From a virus (taxonomy: Duplodnaviria; Caudoviricetes): a stretch of 62,944 nucleotides of DNA. Shown here piece after piece: positions 56,501-62,944 of this stretch. Made by a program: the position numbers and the translations under genes. The notes beneath the pieces are model-generated. The model ran no database searches and had not been told where the DNA came from. It saw only the letters and a list, made by a program, of their open reading frames with translations. The stretch's first letter is position 1. Each line of letters starts with the position of its first letter. The stretch is taken from the IMG/VR virus record IMGVR_UViG_3300025889_000118, positions 1-62,944 of that record. One strand, 5' to 3'.

Positions 56501-57817
56501 TCAATCAATAAAATAAACAATGTCTGATTTACCACCAAGTATATCCATAGCCTCTTTTCTAAGAATATCATATTTCTCTTTTGTGGAAATATTAGCACCT
56601 GTTTCGGTAATTAATACGCTTTGGTCATCATGTCTAATTAATTCCGAAGCAACTAATTTTGTGGCTGCTTCGTGAACTGCTGCGGGAACTCTTGAATTAC
56701 CTGCAATATAAGAAACAAAGATTGAGTTTCGAGTATGGTATGGATAATCTTGCAAAAAGAAAATTCTGCCCTCTTCATTGAGTAGCCAATAATCTCCTGT
56801 TCTTTTCATGTCTTCTTTATCAGTAAATCTTGTCACACCACATACAGTAGGAACAGAACTATTTGATGCAATAAATGTTCCAGTTCCACTTCCTGTATTA
56901 GTAGCGGATTGACTCATAGTAATCGTAGTCGAATCAACAATTGCAGAAATAGTAGTTCCAGTAGGAATGTGATTGTTATTATCTTCTATTTCCATACCAA
57001 CTGCTAATTTACTGGAATCTGCCACTGTCAAAGTCGCACTTGCATTAGTGTGGGTGATTGCTTGTTGGGTCTTTATTTTAACTACACAATCCGACCCATC
57101 ATCCCCCGAAAGTAGGGATGAAACGAGGATTTTTGCTCCATTTCCTTCCTCTTTTTGAGCAAAGAAAAAGTCTGAAAGCGACAATTGAGAACTTGTTAGA
57201 CTTTTTGGTGCATTAGCACCTGTATATTGAGAAGTTGATGGAAATTCTTCATTAATTAAAGCAACAATATCATTAACAGTTGTTTTAACTCCAAAGGTAT
57301 TACAAAATTCATCATTCCCTAAATTGTTTAATGTGTCTTCTGCAATCATTTCAAATTCAACGCCACTATTCGGTAATTGTAAAACAATAGAATAAATATC
57401 TCTAAAATTATCTAATAATTCTATTTGTGCTTGAGCAGAAGCAATCTCTTTATATCCACTACCAGACCAAACTTGTAGAGAAACAATCTTTTGAACTTTC
57501 ATTTGCCTTAATTGAATAAAACCAACATAACCGCCATAAAGCGTCATTCCAGGCCTATTTGTGTATTCAAAGTTATGAACTTCTTTTTTAGTTATTATTG
57601 GTCTATAACTTCTTTTAAGTTTATCATCAACTATTCCTTCTACTCTTTTTATTATGTTTCCAACTTGGGCTCTTGTTGGATAAGTTGCAGAAGCATCAAA
57701 ACGAGGAACTTGTAATAAATCAGCAACTTGTATATAATCCGTATAATAGCCAATACCTTCTGAATAGTCAGGAGTTCCTGCTAAAGTATAATCACTTGGG
57801 GAGGAAGTAATTGACAT
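56501..57817 (-). CDS. Head-tail adaptor-like protein with insertions
   Basis: YTDYIQVADLL...; YIAGNSRVPAAVHEAATKLVA. Confidence 0.7.
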   Translation of the reverse strand: MSITSSPSDYTLAGTPDYSEGIGYYTDYIQVADLLQVPRFDASATYPTRAQVGNIIKRVEGIVDDKLKRSYRPIITKKEVHNFEYTNRPGMTLYGGYVGFIQLRQMKVQKIVSLQVWSGSGYKEIASAQAQIELLDNFRDIYSIVLQLPNSGVEFEMIAEDTLNNLGNDEFCNTFGVKTTVNDIVALINEEFPSTSQYTGANAPKSLTSSQLSLSDFFFAQKEEGNGAKILVSSLLSGDDGSDCVVKIKTQQAITHTNASATLTVADSSKLAVGMEIEDNNNHIPTGTTISAIVDSTTITMSQSATNTGSGTGTFIASNSSVPTVCGVTRFTDKEDMKRTGDYWLLNEEGRIFFLQDYPYHTRNSIFVSYIAGNSRVPAAVHEAATKLVASELIRHDDQSVLITETGANISTKEKYDILRKEAMDILGGKSDIVYFID

Positions 57818-59175
57818 CAAATACCCCCTTTAACTCCTTCATAACCTAATCCAATAATTTTAGTTCTTATTTCGTTAAGATGGTCATTCATCTTATCTTT
57901 CTTTATTTCACCTGCTTTGGAATAATAACTGAAATCATAATTACCAAATATGGCGACTCTTGTTTCTATTGCTAATTTAATATTCTTAAACGGTTTCATT
58001 AACAAAGCATCTGTTTTAGAGGTATCTATTTTTTCTTTCAAAGCAGTTTTCCATTCTTTTTTATTAGGAGAAGGAATACCAACATTGAAATTTAATTCAT
58101 ATGCTTTCAATTCTTTTAGATTTTCAAGGCTATCTAATAAATTATTTAAGTAATCCAATCTTTGAATATTTACTATTACTTCCTTAGTAATGTCTTCACT
58201 ATAAATATTGATTTCTTCTGATTTTAAATCTTCTAAATTATTAAAGACTTCATTAAAAATAAAATTAGTATCTATATTGAATTCTTTACCCATATTTAAA
58301 TTAATAACTAATTCTCTTAAAGGAGAAAATTCTGTTTTTATTTCTGCTTTTCTCGAAGCAAATTCAGAAGGTCTTGAAGTTCTTGTATATTTTTGACCAT
58401 AAGGAACAAACCCTCCACTTGCTATACCTAATTCTCTTCTAATGTAATCTACATAATATTCTCTAAATTTATCTGAAAATTTATTTAACCCATCTGGAAT
58501 TTCGGGAATATAACCAACAATGTCTTTTTTTTCCTCAGTTTCGGTCTTAATAAAATACTTAATATTCAATTCTTTTACAAATGTAGTATTTGCAAATAAT
58601 ATTTCTTTAGTTAAACCAATTTCTTCCACTACTTTTAATTGTTCAAGTGCAGACTTCGTGAACTTTCCAATATTTATACCAAAGGTTATTGTTCCCATTT
58701 CTTCTAAATACACTGGGTCTAAATTCTCTTGTTCTAAAAAAGTATCTAAATCAAAATCGGGTAAATTTTCTAAATCCCTACCAAGTTCTAAAGAAGTTGC
58801 ACCAACCAATTGAAAGTATTTTTTACTATCCGTAAAAGCATCAAATAAACTTATATTTTTTGCTTTCTCAATTCTTTCTTCTTTATTTTCTCCCCTCAAG
58901 TATTCAGACCAAGCCTCGACATCTTCTTTGTATGCTTGTAAAGATAAATCTTTGTCTTTAAGAGCCTCTTCTAAAACTTCTGAAAGTTTTTCTTGTATTT
59001 TTTGTCTATCAGAACCCGCACTCTTAAGTGCTTTATCCAATACATACTCAAGTTGTGCTTCATCCATATCTTTAGAAAGATATTCTATAAAGTCATTTTT
59101 TATTAATTTTGTAGTATTTGGATTAGAAAAAGATTTCATTCCGTTCCACTGAATAGAAATATCTTCTTCGACCAA
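57817..59175 (-). CDS. Hypothetical protein
   Basis: 452-aa charged ORF. Confidence 0.75.
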   Translation of the reverse strand: MVEEDISIQWNGMKSFSNPNTTKLIKNDFIEYLSKDMDEAQLEYVLDKALKSAGSDRQKIQEKLSEVLEEALKDKDLSLQAYKEDVEAWSEYLRGENKEERIEKAKNISLFDAFTDSKKYFQLVGATSLELGRDLENLPDFDLDTFLEQENLDPVYLEEMGTITFGINIGKFTKSALEQLKVVEEIGLTKEILFANTTFVKELNIKYFIKTETEEKKDIVGYIPEIPDGLNKFSDKFREYYVDYIRRELGIASGGFVPYGQKYTRTSRPSEFASRKAEIKTEFSPLRELVINLNMGKEFNIDTNFIFNEVFNNLEDLKSEEINIYSEDITKEVIVNIQRLDYLNNLLDSLENLKELKAYELNFNVGIPSPNKKEWKTALKEKIDTSKTDALLMKPFKNIKLAIETRVAIFGNYDFSYYSKAGEIKKDKMNDHLNEIRTKIIGLGYEGVKGGI

Positions 59176-59187
59176 ATATAATCACTC

Positions 59188-59832
59188 TCACATTAACCAT
59201 TTAGCCCAAGCAGCACCTTTTTGAATTGCTGAACCCAAACCTAATCCGCTACTTGGAGGTTCATAACTCATTTGACCAGTTTGAGGGTCAATCCAATATG
59301 GGCGACCATATCCATCTGTGCCGTTTGGTGGGATAGGGTAGCCACTACCATTATTCATAGCACCATGCATTTGGTTGTATTGTTGAGTATTGCCAGTTAA
59401 TCCTGCAATAGCCATCCCTGCCGATGGTTGCCCTCCATTAAATCCTTGTGATTCGAGATATTGTTGTTTAGCCATCTTTCTTTGATTAATAACTTCTGCA
59501 TTTAACGCAGCCCCAAGAATCTTTTGAATATCTAAATCAATGTTTTCTTGAGTAATTCTTTCGTATTCTCTCATACATTCTGAATTTAATTCAATAGCAC
59601 CGCCCGAAGTAGTGAAAGATAACTTAGAAAGCATTTGTGAAACTACTCTTTCTATTACATCTTCCATTAGTTGCTCTATCGCTTCAAAAAACATCTGTCC
59701 GTGATATTGAAAAAATTCCTCAACATGATTGTCTTGTAAAGATAATAGATTATTTACAGTTTTAAAATTAGCATCATTTTGTTGCTGAACTGCGTTCAAT
59801 ACTGTTCCATTACTTGTTCCTAATATGCCCAT
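59188..59832 (-). CDS. Hypothetical helical protein with Q/G-rich region, WW-like motif and amphipathic C-terminus
   Basis: YGRPYWIDPQTGQMSYEPP; LGSAIQKGAAWAKWLM. Confidence 0.8.
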   Translation of the reverse strand: MGILGTSNGTVLNAVQQQNDANFKTVNNLLSLQDNHVEEFFQYHGQMFFEAIEQLMEDVIERVVSQMLSKLSFTTSGGAIELNSECMREYERITQENIDLDIQKILGAALNAEVINQRKMAKQQYLESQGFNGGQPSAGMAIAGLTGNTQQYNQMHGAMNNGSGYPIPPNGTDGYGRPYWIDPQTGQMSYEPPSSGLGLGSAIQKGAAWAKWLM

Positions 59833-59834
59833 AT

Positions 59835-60497
59835 TTATTCCTCTTTTTGTTCTTCGGGTAGTGGCTTAGTCACCTTAACTCCTTCTTGTATCATTAGGTA
59901 ATTCAATCTATCTGTTAATATATTGATTTCCCCGACTATTTCAATCGCCTCATTCGTGGCTGACCTATTATCACGCATGGTAGGTGGCTTAATAAAATAA
60001 CCTACTGATGTAAGAGAAGCAATATCAGTCTTACTTAAACTTGTAATTGGGCCACTTTTTAGTATATTAGGAACTCTCGGTTTAAATCCCTTATACTCCA
60101 AACCATGTTTTTCTGCCAACATCTGTTGGTCTAACACTTCTAATTGATTGAAAATAGAAGCATGTTTAGGACAATATGTTCCAAAAAGAGGCCGACCCTT
60201 TACTACTTTTTCTAATGGTATTGGTGGTCTTAGATAATCCCCTGCTTCCCAAATGTGATGAAATCCACATACAACACATCTTTCTTTCATGTTGAATTTT
60301 TTTCCAAATTTTATAAAAAGAAATTTTTTGGGTTCGGGTAATAGGATTTTAATTAATTCCTGTTTTTGTTTTTTTGGCTTAATCGCCATTGGTTTATATT
60401 CTGCTACAACTCCTGTTGCCCTTGCTTGTTGAATTGGATTCAAAAGCGGGTTAAATTGTTGTGGGGCAGTTTGTCCTATAATTTGTTGTTGATACAT
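59835..60497 (-). CDS. Hypothetical Zn-binding protein
   Basis: CVVCG...YCPKH; Q-rich N-terminus. Confidence 0.8.
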   Translation of the reverse strand: MYQQQIIGQTAPQQFNPLLNPIQQARATGVVAEYKPMAIKPKKQKQELIKILLPEPKKFLFIKFGKKFNMKERCVVCGFHHIWEAGDYLRPPIPLEKVVKGRPLFGTYCPKHASIFNQLEVLDQQMLAEKHGLEYKGFKPRVPNILKSGPITSLSKTDIASLTSVGYFIKPPTMRDNRSATNEAIEIVGEINILTDRLNYLMIQEGVKVTKPLPEEQKEE

Positions 60498-60500
60498 TTT

Positions 60501-60845
60501 TCATTCCTCTTTATATAAGTCTCGAAATTTATTATTAAATTTAGGTCTTTCTTTATATTCATCAATTATGTTAGACAAGTGTTCCTCAAAATCAAAATCT
60601 TCATCTTTTATTTGGTCTAAAGTAAGTTTAGCATAATATTCTTCAACTATTTCATTAAATGCTCTTTCTATTTCTTCATCTGGTATTTCTGGACTAAGAT
60701 GTTCATACTTCGTTTCTTCAAAATTACCTATTGTCATTGAGGCTAATGGATATTCGTTATGAATCCAAAGTTCTTCATTAAATGGTTCATTTTGCATTCT
60801 ATCTAAAATATCATCAATATCTTTTTTTAATATTCTTTTCCACAT
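60501..60845 (-). CDS. Acidic hypothetical protein
   Basis: ORF within the operon. Confidence 0.65.
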   Translation of the reverse strand: MWKRILKKDIDDILDRMQNEPFNEELWIHNEYPLASMTIGNFEETKYEHLSPEIPDEEIERAFNEIVEEYYAKLTLDQIKDEDFDFEEHLSNIIDEYKERPKFNNKFRDLYKEE

Positions 60846-60850
60846 AGTAA

Positions 60851-61513
60851 TCAGTAGTCCTTTATCATTGTAAGTATTCCTTTATACACCATTTCTGAAT
60901 CCGATTTTGCCGAAACTATATACTTGAAACAAGGTATTCCTTTATCATTTAATTTTCTCATTCCATAACTAAAGGGCTCAAATATTTCATGTTTCTCTAT
61001 TGGTTTGTCATTTTTGTATTTCTCTCCCCAAATATCATATTTATTTGCCCAAATACCTATTGCTAATGGATAGTCTATATCTTTTTTCTTTTTACCATCC
61101 GACCAAACATTAGAAGTCACTGTATCTACTAAATATTTCCATGCTACTTGGTGGTCTAAATTTGAAGTATTATCTAAGTGTCTATGGTCTATCATAAAAA
61201 TAATATATTTTGGTTTTCGGGTTTTCATGTCTTTTTCCCATTCTTTCCAATAGATTGCTTCTCCTCCTAAATCAGCACTCCTAATTGTATGAGAATCCCC
61301 ATCTAATTTAATATTTTTTCTTGTGGCTCTACCTCTACCAACTGTTCTATCATTTATTTGTGGAACTTCTCCTCTTGTTCTTAATTGGTGACTCATAGTT
61401 GTCTTTCCAACCATTGTTGCTCCATATATTCCAAAATTAATAGCATGAACTTTTTTATAAAACCCAACAACTGCTTCGGTTATTAGTATTGCGAAGCCCG
61501 TCATTAATGACAT
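60851..61513 (-). CDS. Ras-superfamily (Arf/Sar-like) small GTPase
   Basis: G1 GATMVGKT, G2 RTVG, G3 DLGG, IFMID, G4 NKYD, G5 SAK; N-terminal hydrophobic helix. Confidence 0.9.
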   Translation of the reverse strand: MSLMTGFAILITEAVVGFYKKVHAINFGIYGATMVGKTTMSHQLRTRGEVPQINDRTVGRGRATRKNIKLDGDSHTIRSADLGGEAIYWKEWEKDMKTRKPKYIIFMIDHRHLDNTSNLDHQVAWKYLVDTVTSNVWSDGKKKKDIDYPLAIGIWANKYDIWGEKYKNDKPIEKHEIFEPFSYGMRKLNDKGIPCFKYIVSAKSDSEMVYKGILTMIKDY

Positions 61514-61526
61514 ACATATCTCCCAC

Positions 61527-61745
61527 CTAATGTTTGAATAATCCTTTAATAGAATCAATAATCCATCCCATTATATTTATATCAAAAACTCCCAAAATAT
61601 TTCCTATAAGCAAGGCAGAAAGAGTTGCACAAGAACCCCAAAACCATGCTCTCATTTTCAAAAAGAAAACATCAGCAGAATGGGCTCTTTGTTGATTATA
61701 CACAAAGTCGTTATCAGAAAATCCCATTAAATCAGTCAAGCCCAT
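61527..61745 (-). CDS. Small membrane protein
   Basis: TM segment plus amphipathic C-terminus; AGGTGG RBS. Confidence 0.75.
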   Translation of the reverse strand: MGLTDLMGFSDNDFVYNQQRAHSADVFFLKMRAWFWGSCATLSALLIGNILGVFDINIMGWIIDSIKGLFKH

Positions 61746-61755
61746 TTAACCACCT

Positions 61756-62142
61756 TCATTGTAATGTGGCTAAAAACTCACTCCCAACGGTGTTCTCTTC
61801 ATCTTGAACTCTCGGTGCATAGAAAGCAGGAACACCAAATTGTTTTGCACTTTCTCGCATCTTTTGGCGTTGTTGCTCATCTCTTGATTTTCTTTCCCAA
61901 TATGCTTGTATTTTTCTATCAAGAAGCCACATTTCTATTTTATCATTCAAAGCCAAATCAAATAGGGCTTTCATGACCATAATAGACCCTATTGTTCCTA
62001 ACCCAAACAAAAATGAATGGGCTAATGGCCCATAAGGAAATCCTGTTCCAAATTGAGCGTAAGCAAATACATTTGCTCCGCTTAATGCTCCGACAAAAAG
62101 AATAGTCATTACTAATCTTGTATCTTGATTTAATGCTGCCAA
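61756..62142 (-). CDS. Membrane protein (2 TM plus charged tail)
   Basis: TTG start after AGGTGA; two hydrophobic helices. Confidence 0.8.
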   Translation of the reverse strand: MAALNQDTRLVMTILFVGALSGANVFAYAQFGTGFPYGPLAHSFLFGLGTIGSIMVMKALFDLALNDKIEMWLLDRKIQAYWERKSRDEQQRQKMRESAKQFGVPAFYAPRVQDEENTVGSEFLATLQ

Positions 62143-62152
62143 ATAATCACCT

Positions 62153-62470
62153 TCATGAGAACTCTACTGAAAGAGAAGCAGAAGAAGAACCACCCGCAGT
62201 TATTTGAACATAAATACCGTTATCACAAACTACATTGTGCATATCATATTCAACACTGTGAGTAAGAGCAGGATTAGTAGCAGCATAAACAAATCTTGTT
62301 ATTTCTGTTTTGCCCGTTGTTGTAGTATTATCAGAATCCCATATTTTGATTGTCACATCATTAGCACCATCATGTGTTGCTACAATATGCAAACTTGTCA
62401 ATAGGCTCCTAACTTTAGAAACTACTGTGCTACTACTAATTACTCCACTTGTCCTACAAACGCCACCCAT
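62153..62470 (-). CDS. Putative virion beta-sandwich protein
   Basis: TIKIWDS...CDNGIYVQI. Confidence 0.65.
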   Translation of the reverse strand: MGGVCRTSGVISSSTVVSKVRSLLTSLHIVATHDGANDVTIKIWDSDNTTTTGKTEITRFVYAATNPALTHSVEYDMHNVVCDNGIYVQITAGGSSSASLSVEFS

Positions 62471-62518
62471 AGTATCGCCTCATTCAATTGTTGAGAGCCA
62501 AGACTCTTAACAGTTTCT

Positions 62519-62857
62519 CTATTCCTCGACTACTTCTTTATCTTCTGATTTCTTTTTTGGTTTTGAAATCTTTGGTTTTGAAATAACTTTCTTCTTAGGC
62601 AAGAGTAGGGATGAGAGGGAAGAAGCGTCAGCCAATTCCTCTCCCATTACCCTACTAAGTATGCTTAGAGTCTTTTCATCAGTGTTTAAAACATCTTCTC
62701 TATCAGATTCTTCAAAGACAAACATTAGATTAGGGTCTTTAATTCGCATTAGAGCCCAATTAACTGGAACGCTAATTGGGACTCTTTTGCGAATTACACC
62801 GTATGGCGTGTCAAGACGACCAATGTTTGCTCTATCGCTTATAGTGACTTGAGGCAA
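62519..62857 (-). CDS. Hypothetical protein with Lys-rich tail
   Basis: TTG start after GAGGTG. Confidence 0.7.
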   Translation of the reverse strand: MPQVTISDRANIGRLDTPYGVIRKRVPISVPVNWALMRIKDPNLMFVFEESDREDVLNTDEKTLSILSRVMGEELADASSLSSLLLPKKKVISKPKISKPKKKSEDKEVVEE

Positions 62858-62866
62858 TTGAACACC

Positions 62867-62944
62867 TCAAAGATTACCATAAACTCTAATTCTAACTGCT
62901 CCTACATCGGTTGCGGTTAGTTCTACTCCTGTTGCTCTAACAAC
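62867..62944 (-). CDS. 3' end of a putative capsid-associated protein (partial)
   Basis: ...GVELTATDVGAVRIRVYGNL* runs off the window edge. Confidence 0.5.
   Translation of the reverse strand, partial: VVRATGVELTATDVGAVRIRVYGNL

Noticed and set aside
41323-59152. Numerous + strand ORFs of 60-140 aa in the structural arm
   Set aside because: Antisense shadows of long minus-strand genes, without RBS or motifs

Overview
AT-rich, densely coded fragment of a tailed dsDNA archaeal virus. It is most consistent with a Magrovirus-like virus of Marine Group II/Poseidoniales; this is inferred from archaeal-type replication genes, GGAGG/GGTGA ribosome-binding sites, TTTAAATA boxes, a split PolB and GroEL, with no database search run. 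Layout: (1) 1-4951 is an array of small early-type genes in both orientations, separated by 8 complete copies and 1 partial copy of a palindrome, CAAAG-n3-8-ACCATATGGT-n3-8-CTTTG. (2) 4960-5500 is a non-coding, repeat-rich, origin-like region, followed by structured intergenic RNA candidates. (3) 5.5-40.6 kb, + strand: UvrD helicase; a dispersed ubiquitin-like system (Ubl ending GG-DY, ThiF/E1, JAB, possible E2-like Cys protein); TFB; GroES/GroEL; PC4-like protein; two histone-fold candidates; ligase; degenerate LAGLIDADG; RFC; RPA; PCNA; PolB split by a nuclease-bearing insert; Cas4-like nuclease; primase; XPF; MCM-like ATPase; DEDD exonuclease. (4) 40.7-62.9 kb, - strand: tail and neck genes, a -1 frameshifted tail chaperone, and an Arf-like small GTPase in a cluster with membrane proteins. 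The best candidates for undescribed systems are the palindrome-delimited cassette array, the viral Ubl conjugation system, the GTPase/membrane module and the histone-fold pair. All family calls come from motif recognition by eye.
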